64,000 bases of DNA from assembly GCA_041650795.1 (NCBI GenBank), contig JBAZKK010000002.1, positions 10,731-74,730 of the forward strand. Direction: 5' to 3'. Origin of the DNA: Candidatus Omnitrophota bacterium. GTDB lineage: Bacteria > Omnitrophota > Gorgyraeia > Gygaellales > Profunditerraquicolaceae. A program made the translations under genes and the position numbers. This document shows, piece after piece, positions 7,803 through 16,120 of this stretch (position 1 is the first letter of the stretch; every line of letters begins with the position of its first letter). The notes under the pieces were generated by a model. That model ran no database searches, had not been told where the DNA came from, and saw only the letters and a list, made by a program, of their open reading frames with translations.

Positions 7803-9680
7803 CTAACCTTCCCTCAGCTGTTTTTCCGCATCCACGATATCCCTGTTAATCACGCGCACCGTTTCTTTAATCCTTTCCTTTAAGAGATAGGAGGCTACCT
7901 GGGCGTCATAGATTTCCCTGAGCACCTGCACGCTCATGCGGAAATAACGGATTATCTCGCCTTCATCGGTATCTGTGTATTGCAGGACCTTGTCAAAGCG
8001 CGTACCCCGGAGCCACGCTTCCATACAAGCGCTTAAATGGAAATAAGGCCTTTTGCTGATGGGGTAAATCCGGTATTTGCGTTCTTTTTCTTTTATCTCT
8101 TCGTATAATTCATCGCAGGCATTCTTCAAGTGGCGGCTGTTCTTGGAGATGTTGGATAGGCGCTGGTTCTTGCGCGGCTCAAAGACAACCGCGGCAGCGA
8201 GGGTGCCGAGCCCAAATTCATCAACCTGCTCCAGGATATTGCGGCTGTAAAGCTCGCTCAATAGCAGCTCGTATCCGTAGACATTCTTGGCAAACTGCCC
8301 TTTATCGGTAAGGGCCCCGTTTTCAATATAACCTAATTCCGTCAAAAGATTCAGTTTTGCCTGCATCAGCCTCAAGGCCTCCTTCTGCTCGTATTTTTTA
8401 GACTGAAAGTAATGCAAGGAGGAGGGGTAGATGTCGAATATACCCTCTTTGTGTTTTTCGTAGAGGTTGAGCAGCGTGGCATAAGAGGTGTTCAGCTGGC
8501 TGCGCACTTCCTCAGGAGGACTGTAGATAACCCATTTTACCTCGTCAAATTTGATGCGGAGAGGATTTATGCGGCAGTAAACAAAACCTTCCTTATCCAT
8601 CCCGCGCCTGCCGGCGCGTCCCGCCATCTGGTAGAAATCCCTGGTTTTAAGGGGACGCACAAAACGGCCGTAGTATTTGCGCAGGTCGTCGAAGATAACC
8701 GAACGGCTCGGCATGTTTATCCCCAAGGCAAAGGTCTCGGTAGTGAATATGACCCGGAGCAGGCGGCTGGTAAAAAGCCTTTCGATTACCTCCTTAAGGG
8801 TAGGCAGCATCCCGGCGTGATGGTAGGCAACCCCTTTTTGCACCAAAGGCCGCATCTGGTTGGCGGACTTCTCGTGGGATAGCTCAAAGCGCCTGCAGAG
8901 GTCGTCGTAATATTTCAGTATTTTTTCTTTCTCTGCCGCGTCGAGGAAGTCGTAGTTATAGGCCTCCGAGGCGAGGTCTTCGGCCCGGCGCCTTCCAAAG
9001 ACAAAGTATATGCAAGGTAGCCCGTTTTTCTGCTGCACGTATTTAATCAGGGTCGCGAGCTTGTTGGGGTAGCCGTATTTTATTCTTTTGAGCTCCGTGA
9101 TGTTGTTCAATATTTCGTTGCGGCACTGATAGAGAAAATGCAGCGGCACCGGCCTTTTTTCTTCCGTCACGGTTTTGACTGGCCTGTTATGTATGCTTTC
9201 AATCCATGATGCGAATTCCCTGATGTTCGGGATGGTGGCGGAGAGGGCCAGTATATTCATATGCCTTGGTAAGAATATCAGCGATTCCTCCCAGACAGTG
9301 CCGCGTTCGGGATTATCGATGTAATGCACCTCATCGAAGATAATCCATTCGTAACCGGAGAGGCTTTCAGGTTCATCAAGGACCTTATTGCGGAATATCT
9401 CGGTGGTCATAATCAAGACTGGAGCATAGGGGTTTAAGGAAACATCCCCGGTTAATATCCCGATATTGTCGCCGTATTCTGCCTGGAAGTCTCGGAATTT
9501 CTGATTGGAAAGGGCTTTGATAGGCGCGGTGTAAATTACGCCGGATTGTTTTTTGATGCAGGTAGTTATGACGTGTTCGGCAATGGCGGTTTTGCCGGCT
9601 CCTGTCGGCGCAGAAACGATTACCGAGAACCCGTCGTTAATATAATCAATGGCTTCCTGCTGGAATCGGTCGTAAATCAT
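7803..9680 (-). CDS. Ski2/HelY-like DExH-box (superfamily 2) helicase with DSHCT-like C-terminal domain
   Basis: Motif I APTGAGKT, motif II DEVHY, motif III SAT, AYHHAGMLP and motif VI QMAGRAGRRG. C-terminal EAWLRGTRFDKVLQYTDTDEGEIIRYFRM resembles DSHCT. This is the only convincing minus-strand gene in the window. Confidence 0.85.
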   Translation of the reverse strand: MIYDRFQQEAIDYINDGFSVIVSAPTGAGKTAIAEHVITTCIKKQSGVIYTAPIKALSNQKFRDFQAEYGDNIGILTGDVSLNPYAPVLIMTTEIFRNKVLDEPESLSGYEWIIFDEVHYIDNPERGTVWEESLIFLPRHMNILALSATIPNIREFASWIESIHNRPVKTVTEEKRPVPLHFLYQCRNEILNNITELKRIKYGYPNKLATLIKYVQQKNGLPCIYFVFGRRRAEDLASEAYNYDFLDAAEKEKILKYYDDLCRRFELSHEKSANQMRPLVQKGVAYHHAGMLPTLKEVIERLFTSRLLRVIFTTETFALGINMPSRSVIFDDLRKYYGRFVRPLKTRDFYQMAGRAGRRGMDKEGFVYCRINPLRIKFDEVKWVIYSPPEEVRSQLNTSYATLLNLYEKHKEGIFDIYPSSLHYFQSKKYEQKEALRLMQAKLNLLTELGYIENGALTDKGQFAKNVYGYELLLSELYSRNILEQVDEFGLGTLAAAVVFEPRKNQRLSNISKNSRHLKNACDELYEEIKEKERKYRIYPISKRPYFHLSACMEAWLRGTRFDKVLQYTDTDEGEIIRYFRMSVQVLREIYDAQVASYLLKERIKETVRVINRDIVDAEKQLREG

Positions 9681-9685
9681 ACTTA

Positions 9686-9778
9686 GGGACGGTTCTGAAC
9701 TTAAAGCTGGATTGTCCCCTAAGAAGGGGATATCTGCCTGCCGGCAGGCAGATATTTGTTTTTGAGGTTAGAACTGCC
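9686..9778. repeat. Intergenic palindromic repeat family 1, copy B (carries an extra 26-bp perfect palindrome)
   Basis: Left end GGGACGGTTCTGAAC (9686-9700), hairpin TCCCC-TAAGAA-GGGGA, perfect palindrome ATATCTGCCTGCCGGCAGGCAGATAT (9730-9755), and degenerate inverted right end GGTTAGAACTGCC (9766-9778). Confidence 0.8.
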
Positions 9779-9782
9779 ATTT

Positions 9783-9811
9783 ATTATAAGCTAAATTTGT
9801 TGATTTATCTA
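9783..9811 (-). promoter_or_regulatory. Putative sigma70-type promoter for the helicase gene
   Basis: On the minus strand, -35 TAGATA (complement of 9806-9811), a 17-nt spacer and -10 TATAAT (complement of 9783-9788). The predicted start falls at the edge of repeat copy B. Confidence 0.45.
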
Positions 9812-9828
9812 TCTAAAAATACTACAAT
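9800..9828 (+). promoter_or_regulatory. Putative sigma70-type promoter for the DUF3786-like gene and SNase gene
   Basis: -35 TTGATT (9800-9805), 17-nt spacer, -10 TACAAT (9823-9828). ATG codons lie at 9830 and 9836, which implies a leaderless or near-leaderless mRNA. Confidence 0.5.
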
Positions 9829-9829
9829 A

Positions 9830-10387
9830 ATGGAAATGGGCTATGGGCTAGCCTTAAGCAAGGCTTGGAATGAACTTAAGAAAACCGGTCTTTCTCAGGG
9901 GAGTGTCGTTAGGTTCCTTGCGGACGAGTACGCTTTGGATTTGGAGTCGCAGAGGGTTATGTCTTTATCTTGCAATGCGCCGGCCAAGGATTTTACGGCA
10001 ATCCTGATTTTACATTACCTGACAGCCGTTTCCCGTGGCCTGCCGTACCTGGAGCGCCATTGGGTTTCATTCAGGGAATTGGCGGGGATAGAGGGGTATT
10101 CTGCGGCTTTCCGTAAGCGCGCTATCGAGCCGATACTGCGTAAATACGGCAATAACGCCGAAGGGCTGTTGGGCGCGTTAAAGAGGTTGCCTGGCCAGAG
10201 GGCTCCTGAGGCTGATGTAGGCATTGTCCTGGAGGTATTTAACGGGGTGCCGGCGATGATTTTGCTCTGGCGTTCCGATGAAGAGTTCGCTGCCGAGGCA
10301 GCCATGCTTTTTGACGCCAGCATCAAGCATATCTTTTGCACCGAGGATATCGCGGTCCTGGCAGGGGTTATCGCCAGCGCACTGTAG
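9830..10387 (+). CDS. DUF3786-like protein of unknown function
   Basis: ALSKAWNEL, FLADEYALDLESQRVMSLSCNAPAKDFTAILILHYL, LWRSDEEF and LFDASIKHIFCTEDI match my recollection of DUF3786 proteins. The start could be ATG 9830 or 9836; the ORF-track TTG at 9797 lies inside the promoter. Confidence 0.55.
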   Translation: MEMGYGLALSKAWNELKKTGLSQGSVVRFLADEYALDLESQRVMSLSCNAPAKDFTAILILHYLTAVSRGLPYLERHWVSFRELAGIEGYSAAFRKRAIEPILRKYGNNAEGLLGALKRLPGQRAPEADVGIVLEVFNGVPAMILLWRSDEEFAAEAAMLFDASIKHIFCTEDIAVLAGVIASAL

Positions 10388-10396
10388 AAAAGGAGG

Positions 10397-10966
10397 ATGG
10401 GTGTGAAAAGGGCGAGCGTTATCATTTCCGTTATTATGTTGCTGTTGGCAGTTGCTCTGATTTTTGCAGCCGATGAGCCATTTAAGATTTATACCAGCGG
10501 CGACGGTAAATTCAGCATCCCTTTCGGTAAAACCTATAATTATTCTGATATCTATGTTAGGAGGGTTATTGACGGAGATACTATCCAACTGGAAAACGGG
10601 GAGCGGCTGCGGCTCATCGGTATTGACACCCCGGAGATGCACGAATCAGACAAGCTCTACCGCGACAGCGAGCGGAGCGGCCAGGATATTAAGGTGATTA
10701 TAAAGATGGGGCAGCGCTCCTATGAGTTTACCAGGAAGCTGGTGGAGGGCAAGCGCGTCAGCCTTGAGTTTGACGCCGAAAAATACGATAAATACAACAG
10801 GCTCCTGGCCTACGTTTATTTAAAGGACGGTACCTTTGTCAATGCCGAGATTGTCAAAGGAGGATACGCCTCGCTCATGACTATTCCGCCCAATGTAAGG
10901 TATGCGGATTTATTTTCCAAACTCTACCGCGAGGCCCGCGAGAACAAACGCGGCCTCTGGCGGTAG
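10397..10966 (+). CDS. Membrane-anchored or secreted thermonuclease (staphylococcal nuclease, SNase) homologue
   Basis: N-terminal hydrophobic segment VIISVIMLLLAVALIFAA. SNase motifs VIDGDTIQLENGERLRLIGIDTPE and NRLLAYVYL..GTFVNAEIVKGGYA. AAGGAGG ribosome-binding site upstream. Confidence 0.8.
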   Translation: MGVKRASVIISVIMLLLAVALIFAADEPFKIYTSGDGKFSIPFGKTYNYSDIYVRRVIDGDTIQLENGERLRLIGIDTPEMHESDKLYRDSERSGQDIKVIIKMGQRSYEFTRKLVEGKRVSLEFDAEKYDKYNRLLAYVYLKDGTFVNAEIVKGGYASLMTIPPNVRYADLFSKLYREARENKRGLWR

Positions 10967-10976
10967 TCAGCCAAGA

Positions 10977-11051
10977 GGGACGGTTCTGAACTCAAAGCTA
11001 ACCTGTCCCCGCATTGAGGGGGCAGGTTTAGTCCAACCCGAGAACCGTCCC
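10977..11051. repeat. Intergenic palindromic repeat family 1, copy C (most intact)
   Basis: Perfect 11-bp terminal inverted repeats GGGACGGTTCT (10977-10987) and AGAACCGTCCC (11041-11051), with internal hairpin AACCTGTCCCC-GCATTGA-GGGGGCAGGTT. Confidence 0.85.
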
Positions 11052-11068
11052 TAAAAAGGGAGGTATTT

Positions 11069-12109
11069 ATGTTGAGATTTTTATCTGCAGGTGAATCGCA
11101 CGGTAAGGGTATCCTCTCGATACTGGAGGGCATGCCTGCGGGCTTACGGCTGGACGAGGGTTTCATTAACATGGAATTAAAGCGCCGCCAGGCTGGATTC
11201 GGCCGCGGCAGGCGCATGAAGATTGAGAACGACCGCGCTGAAATCCTATCGGGCCTTAAAAACAATATTACCCTCGCAAGCCCCCTGGCAATACTTGTCA
11301 AGAATAAGGATTCCAGCATTGAAAAGATGCCCAGGGTTTTTTCCGCCCGGCCAGGGCATGCGGATCTGGCAGGGTTTTTAAAATACGGATTCAGCGATAT
11401 ACGCGAGGTTCTGGAGCGCGCCTCGGCGCGCAACACCGTAGCAACGGTAGCTGTTGGGGCGGCATGCAAGAAACTACTGAAGGAGTTTGATGTCGAGTTT
11501 ACCAGCAAGGTGCTTTCCATCGGATCCGAGGCAACGCCTGTCGGGATGAAGAGAAAGATCCAAGAGGCGATCAAGAGGAAGGATACCGTAGGCGGAATAT
11601 TTGAGGTAACAGCCTCCCTTGTCCCGCCGGGTCTTGGCAGTTACGTTCAGCCTGACCGCCGGCTTGATGCAAGGCTGGCTGCGGCAATAATGGCAATCCC
11701 CGGGGTCAAGGCAGTCGGTTTTGGCCTGGGGTTCGGTTACGCCAGATACTTTGGCTCCGAGGTGCACGACCCTATTTATTACAGCAGGAAGAAGGGGTAT
11801 CTGCGCAGGACAAACAATGCCGGCGGCATCGAAGGCGGCATATCAAACGGCAGTAGCATAATACTGCGCGCCTGCATGAAGCCCATCTCTACGCTGCTTA
11901 GACCCCTGGATTCGGTGAACCTTATCAAGAGGTGCGCCAGCAAGGCCAGTATCGAGCGTTCTGATATCTGTGTGGTTGAGGCAGCGGGAGTGGTGGCAGA
12001 GTCTGCTGCGGCCCTGGTATTAGCCGATGCGTTTCTGGAGAAATTCGGAAGCGATTCCTTGAAGGATATAAAGGAAAGCTACCGGCGTTACCTTAAAAGA
12101 ATACGTTAG
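11069..12109 (+). CDS. aroC: Chorismate synthase
   Basis: MLRFLSAGESHGKGILSILEGMPAGL N-terminus and GRGRRMKIE, with full-length similarity to AroC. Confidence 0.9.
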   Translation: MLRFLSAGESHGKGILSILEGMPAGLRLDEGFINMELKRRQAGFGRGRRMKIENDRAEILSGLKNNITLASPLAILVKNKDSSIEKMPRVFSARPGHADLAGFLKYGFSDIREVLERASARNTVATVAVGAACKKLLKEFDVEFTSKVLSIGSEATPVGMKRKIQEAIKRKDTVGGIFEVTASLVPPGLGSYVQPDRRLDARLAAAIMAIPGVKAVGFGLGFGYARYFGSEVHDPIYYSRKKGYLRRTNNAGGIEGGISNGSSIILRACMKPISTLLRPLDSVNLIKRCASKASIERSDICVVEAAGVVAESAAALVLADAFLEKFGSDSLKDIKESYRRYLKRIR

Positions 12110-12146
12110 AAATCCCCGCCCCCTTCGTCTATTAACGCAGAAGGAG

Positions 12147-12410
12147 GTGATTCCGGTGGAGGGAACGGATTTAAAGGTAGTGCGGCTTTACCGCCTGGAA
12201 GGGGATTCCAAAACCAAGGCCTTTGTGGACATAGCGCTAGGGGATTTTATCGTTAAAGGCCTGAAGGTCTTGGAAGGCAAAAACGGGCTGTTCCTCGGTA
12301 TGCCGCAGGAAAAGGCTAAAGACGGAAAATGGTACAATGCCTTTTATCCTGCGACAAAAGAGGCGCGTTCCAGTCTTACAGACGCGGTTTTAGCCGTTTA
12401 CCGGAGTTAG
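12147..12410 (+). CDS. spoVG: SpoVG family protein
   Basis: KAFVDIALGDFIVKGLKVLEGKNGLFLGMPQEKAKDGKWYNAFYP is typical SpoVG. GTG start after an AGGAGG site. Confidence 0.85.
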   Translation: MIPVEGTDLKVVRLYRLEGDSKTKAFVDIALGDFIVKGLKVLEGKNGLFLGMPQEKAKDGKWYNAFYPATKEARSSLTDAVLAVYRS

Positions 12411-12450
12411 GACAAGCCCCGCCTTAAAAGCGGGGCTTAAAATAACTCCG
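12402..12450. other. Nested stem-loop between spoVG and aroK
   Basis: Inner stem AAGCCCCGC (12414-12422) pairs with GCGGGGCTT (12430-12438). Outer stem CGGAGTTA (12402-12409) pairs with TAACTCCG (12443-12450). No downstream U tract on the + strand. Confidence 0.5.
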
Positions 12451-12505
12451 TAGTCCATTATTGGCGCTCCGGCCGAGTTGGCGAGGCCGGTGGGAGATGA
12501 TAGGC

Positions 12506-13054
12506 ATGAATAATATTTATTTAGTGGGTTTTATGGCTACCGGTAAAACAGCTGCAGGCAAGGAGCTTGCCCGCAGGAATAAGCTGTGTTTTATCGACCT
12601 GGATGAGCTGATTGAACTTAAGGCAGGCAGGACTGTCCGCGATATCTTTGCCCAAAAAGGGGAGCCGTATTTCCGTAAGCTGGAAAAAGAGGTTTTAAAG
12701 GAAGTTGCGCGGGAGAATAATTTTGTGGTTGCCTGCGGAGGCGGAATCGTTATAGATAAAGAGAATATCGCCATCATGAAAAACACGGGCAGCGTCATCT
12801 GCCTGACTGCCGGGCCCCGCGTGATTTTAAAGAGGACAGCAGGTTTCACCCACCGCCCCCTCTTGGATGTCAAAGATCCCGCAAGACAGATAGAATTATT
12901 GCTTAAGCTGCGCGCCCCTTACTATGCCAGGGCAGATAAGACCCTGGATACCTCTGGGTTGACGGTGAAAGGCGTAGCAGAGAAAATCCTGAGGGTGCTT
13001 AAGCCGCAGCCCTCCGGCCGCAAGAAAGGGAGCAGGAGTAAAAAACGCAGATGA
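12506..13054 (+). CDS. aroK: Shikimate kinase
   Basis: IYLVGFMATGKTAAGKELA P-loop, followed by FRKLEKEVL and ACGGGIV. ATG 12506 is preferred over the ORF-track TTG at 12461. Confidence 0.85.
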   Translation: MNNIYLVGFMATGKTAAGKELARRNKLCFIDLDELIELKAGRTVRDIFAQKGEPYFRKLEKEVLKEVARENNFVVACGGGIVIDKENIAIMKNTGSVICLTAGPRVILKRTAGFTHRPLLDVKDPARQIELLLKLRAPYYARADKTLDTSGLTVKGVAEKILRVLKPQPSGRKKGSRSKKRR

Positions 13055-14151
13055 CTGATAAGGAGGCGCTGCTCGCTCTGAATTTAATCGGTAGCATCGG
13101 TAGCGTAAGGCTTAACAATCTCTTGCGTTGTTTCGGCTCCGCCAGCCGCATATTCTCTGCCCGGCGCCAGGAGTTAATCCGTGCCTGCGGCATCGGGGAA
13201 AACATCGCTTCCAGAATAACCTCTTTTAACAGCGAGGCGCTTTCAAGGGAGTTTTCTTTAGCCAAAAGGTATGGGCTTAGCATTATTACGCAGTCGGAAA
13301 GAGACTACCCCGAGAATCTGAAGAATATTCCCGACCCGCCCCTGGTGCTTTACGTAAAAGGTAGCTTAAGCCGGGATGACGATCTTGCCTTTGCTATCGT
13401 GGGTTCGCGCCTGGCTTCTGTTTACGGCTTAACCAATTCCGAGCATTTTGCGGGAGAGCTGGCCTGTCTGGGGTTTTCCGTTGTTTCCGGAATGGCGCGC
13501 GGCATTGACACTGCAGCCCACCGCGGCGCCCTAAGGGCAGGCGGCCGGACCATTGCGGTCATCGGCAGCGGATTCAACCACATCTATCCGCGGGAAAACA
13601 AAGGCCTGGCAGAGAGGATCTCCGAAAACGGAGCCGTAATATCGGAATTCCCCATAGATGCCAGCCCCTTAAAGCAGAACTTTCCGCGGCGTAACCGCAT
13701 TATCAGCGGATTAAGCCTCGGGGTATTAGTAGCAGAGGCAGCTTTAAACAGCGGGGCCCTTATCACTGCGGATTTTGCCCTTGAGCAGGGCAGGGAGGTT
13801 TTTGCCTTACCCGGTAAAATTGATGTCATGACATCTTCCGGCACCAACGGTTTAATCAAGCAGGGCGCAAAGCTGGTTTCGGGCATAGATGATATCCTGG
13901 AAGAATTAAAATCCCCTCTCATGGCAAGGGTTTGCCGGAAAGAAAAAGAGGACTCCCCTGAAATAAAGAGGGATTCTATTGACAGGGAAGAGGCGCTGTT
14001 ATATAACTTGATTCCGAAGGAGCCGGCATCGCTGGATAATATTATAGAGAAGAGCGGGCTTGGCATCCCGCGTTTATCGGCGTTATTGCTGGAGCTCGAG
14101 TTTAAAAAATTAATCCGGGAGCTGCCCGGGAAGAATTTTGTCAGGACCTGA
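13051..14151 (+). CDS. dprA: DNA processing protein DprA (Smf)
   Basis: AIVGSRLAS.YG, SGMARGIDTAAHRGAL, GGRTIAVIGSG and the FPRRNRIISGLS motif set. ATGA overlap with aroK. Confidence 0.85.
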   Translation: MTDKEALLALNLIGSIGSVRLNNLLRCFGSASRIFSARRQELIRACGIGENIASRITSFNSEALSREFSLAKRYGLSIITQSERDYPENLKNIPDPPLVLYVKGSLSRDDDLAFAIVGSRLASVYGLTNSEHFAGELACLGFSVVSGMARGIDTAAHRGALRAGGRTIAVIGSGFNHIYPRENKGLAERISENGAVISEFPIDASPLKQNFPRRNRIISGLSLGVLVAEAALNSGALITADFALEQGREVFALPGKIDVMTSSGTNGLIKQGAKLVSGIDDILEELKSPLMARVCRKEKEDSPEIKRDSIDREEALLYNLIPKEPASLDNIIEKSGLGIPRLSALLLELEFKKLIRELPGKNFVRT

Positions 14152-14152
14152 T

Positions 14153-16120
14153 ATGAAAGATAAAAGTTTAGTGATAGTCGAGTCGCCCACCAAAGCCAAG
14201 ACCATCGGGAAAATACTGGGAGATGATTTCAGCGTGGTTTCCTCCATGGGGCATCTGGTTGACCTGCCGCAGAAGAAATTAGGAGTGGAGATTGAAGATA
14301 AGTTCCAGCCTTCTTATGTAGTAATCCCCGCCAGGAAAAAAACCTTGAGCAGCTTAAAGAAGGAAGCCAAGGGCAAGGGCCTTATCTATGTCGCTACGGA
14401 CCCGGACCGCGAGGGAGAGGCTATTGGTTGGCACATCAAGGAGCGGCTTTTTCAAGATAGGGATGTCAAGCGGGTTGTTTTCCATGAGATTACCTCCCAG
14501 GCGGTAAATGAGGCTTTCGGGCAGCCGCGGGATTTTGATATGAATATGGTGGAGGCGCAGATCAGCCGCCGGGTCCTCGATAGGGTAGTAGGGTATTTCT
14601 TAAGTCCCCTTCTTTGGAAGAAGATCGCCCGAGGCTTGAGCGCCGGGAGGGTTCAGTCCGTTGCCTTAAAGCTGATAGTGGAGCGCGAGAAGGAAATCCG
14701 CAGGTTCACCCCGCAGGAATACTGGGAGATTGAAGCAGAGCTCCTCAAGAAAAACGGCGCTTCATTTCTCGCTAAACTCGAAAAGGTCGATGGCGAGAAG
14801 CCGAAGATAAGCATTAAAGAGGAAGCCGGGGCAGTTGCCTCCGATATCAAGACCAGGACTTTCTCGGTATCGAATGTCGAGAGAAAAGACAAAAGGCGCC
14901 ATCCCTACGCTCCGTTCATTACCAGTACCCTGCAGCAGGAGGCCTTTAATAAATTACACTTCAACGCCTCCCGCACCATGATGTTGGCGCAGCAGCTTTA
15001 CGAGGGCATTGATATCGGCGAAAGCGGACCGGCGGGGCTTATCACTTATATGCGCACGGATTCCACGCGCGTGGCTCCGGAGGCAATCACAGAGGTGAGG
15101 GGGCTGATAACCGGCCGCTACGGCAAGGATTACCTTCCCGAATCTCTCAATGTCTATAAAGTAAAAAAATTTGCCCAGGAAGCGCACGAGGCAATCCGGC
15201 CCAGTATGGTTAACCGCTCACCGGATTCGCTTATTCGTTACCTGACGCCCGATCAATTGAAACTGTATGATTTAATCTACCGCCGTTTTGTGGCGAGTCA
15301 GATGGTGCCGGCGCTTTATGCCGTTACCACCGTGGATATCAAGGCTGAGAGGTATTTATTTAGCGTCTCTTCCACCGAGCTTATCTTTGACGGCTTCAGC
15401 GCTGTTTATAACTCCGATAATGAGCAAGAGGATAAGAAAAATAAGATACCGCCGCTGGAGAAGGATGAAGCACTGCAATTGCTGAATCTTCTGCCATCCC
15501 AGCATTTTACTAAGCCACCTGCGAGGTTTTCCGACAGCTCGCTGGTCAAGGCCCTGGAGGAGGACGGCATCGGCAGGCCTTCTACCTACGCCCCGATTAT
15601 TTATACCCTTCTTCATCGTGATTACGTGCGCCGGCTCAAAGGATATTTCCACCCTACGGAATTGGGGATTAAGGTCTGCGAGCTTCTGATGGAGTATTTC
15701 CCCAAGATCATGGACGAGGGGTTTACCGCAGCAATGGAGGAAGAGCTGGATGAGATTGAGGAAGGCAGGATGGAACGCCTGAAGGTGCTGGAGGATTTCT
15801 ACCAGCCTTTCAAGGAGAGTCTGGACTTCGCCCAGAATAACATTAAAAAAGAGGTGGTTGAGACCGGAGAGGCATGCCCCCAGTGCGGCAAACCCATAAT
15901 CATCAAATGGGGAAGGAAGGGAAAATTCCTGAGCTGTTCCGGTTTTCCGGAGTGCAAATACTCAAAGTCCATTACCACCGGCGTCAAATGCCCCGAGGCC
16001 GGATGCGGGGGGGAATTGATTGAGAGGCGTTCCAAGAGAGGATTCTTCTACGGCTGCACCAATTATCCCAAGTGCCGGTTTGTTTCAAAGACCCTTCCCG
16101 AGCAGAAAAAAGACACATGA
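14153..16120 (+). CDS. topA: DNA topoisomerase I
   Basis: Toprim region LVIVESPTKAKTIG and DPDREGEAI, the active-site region, and two C-terminal Cys4 zinc ribbons (CPQCGK...CSGFPEC; CPEAGCGG...CTNYPKC). Confidence 0.9.
   Translation: MKDKSLVIVESPTKAKTIGKILGDDFSVVSSMGHLVDLPQKKLGVEIEDKFQPSYVVIPARKKTLSSLKKEAKGKGLIYVATDPDREGEAIGWHIKERLFQDRDVKRVVFHEITSQAVNEAFGQPRDFDMNMVEAQISRRVLDRVVGYFLSPLLWKKIARGLSAGRVQSVALKLIVEREKEIRRFTPQEYWEIEAELLKKNGASFLAKLEKVDGEKPKISIKEEAGAVASDIKTRTFSVSNVERKDKRRHPYAPFITSTLQQEAFNKLHFNASRTMMLAQQLYEGIDIGESGPAGLITYMRTDSTRVAPEAITEVRGLITGRYGKDYLPESLNVYKVKKFAQEAHEAIRPSMVNRSPDSLIRYLTPDQLKLYDLIYRRFVASQMVPALYAVTTVDIKAERYLFSVSSTELIFDGFSAVYNSDNEQEDKKNKIPPLEKDEALQLLNLLPSQHFTKPPARFSDSSLVKALEEDGIGRPSTYAPIIYTLLHRDYVRRLKGYFHPTELGIKVCELLMEYFPKIMDEGFTAAMEEELDEIEEGRMERLKVLEDFYQPFKESLDFAQNNIKKEVVETGEACPQCGKPIIIKWGRKGKFLSCSGFPECKYSKSITTGVKCPEAGCGGELIERRSKRGFFYGCTNYPKCRFVSKTLPEQKKDT

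Noticed and set aside
7803-10966. Assigning the helicase plus nuclease pair to a named defence family (for example Hachiman- or Mokosh-like)
   Set aside because: The helicase has the HelY/Ski2 layout with a DSHCT-like C-terminus typical of RNA-decay helicases. The nuclease is an exported SNase rather than a cytoplasmic PD-(D/E)xK or PLD effector, and the genes are divergent rather than co-operonic. The idea is kept only as a low-confidence hypothesis in the findings.
3854-11051. GGGACGGTTCT repeats as a CRISPR array
   Set aside because: The copies are kilobases apart, are separated by full genes, have inverted termini and variable internal length, and no cas genes are present. They are better described as REP/MITE-like elements.
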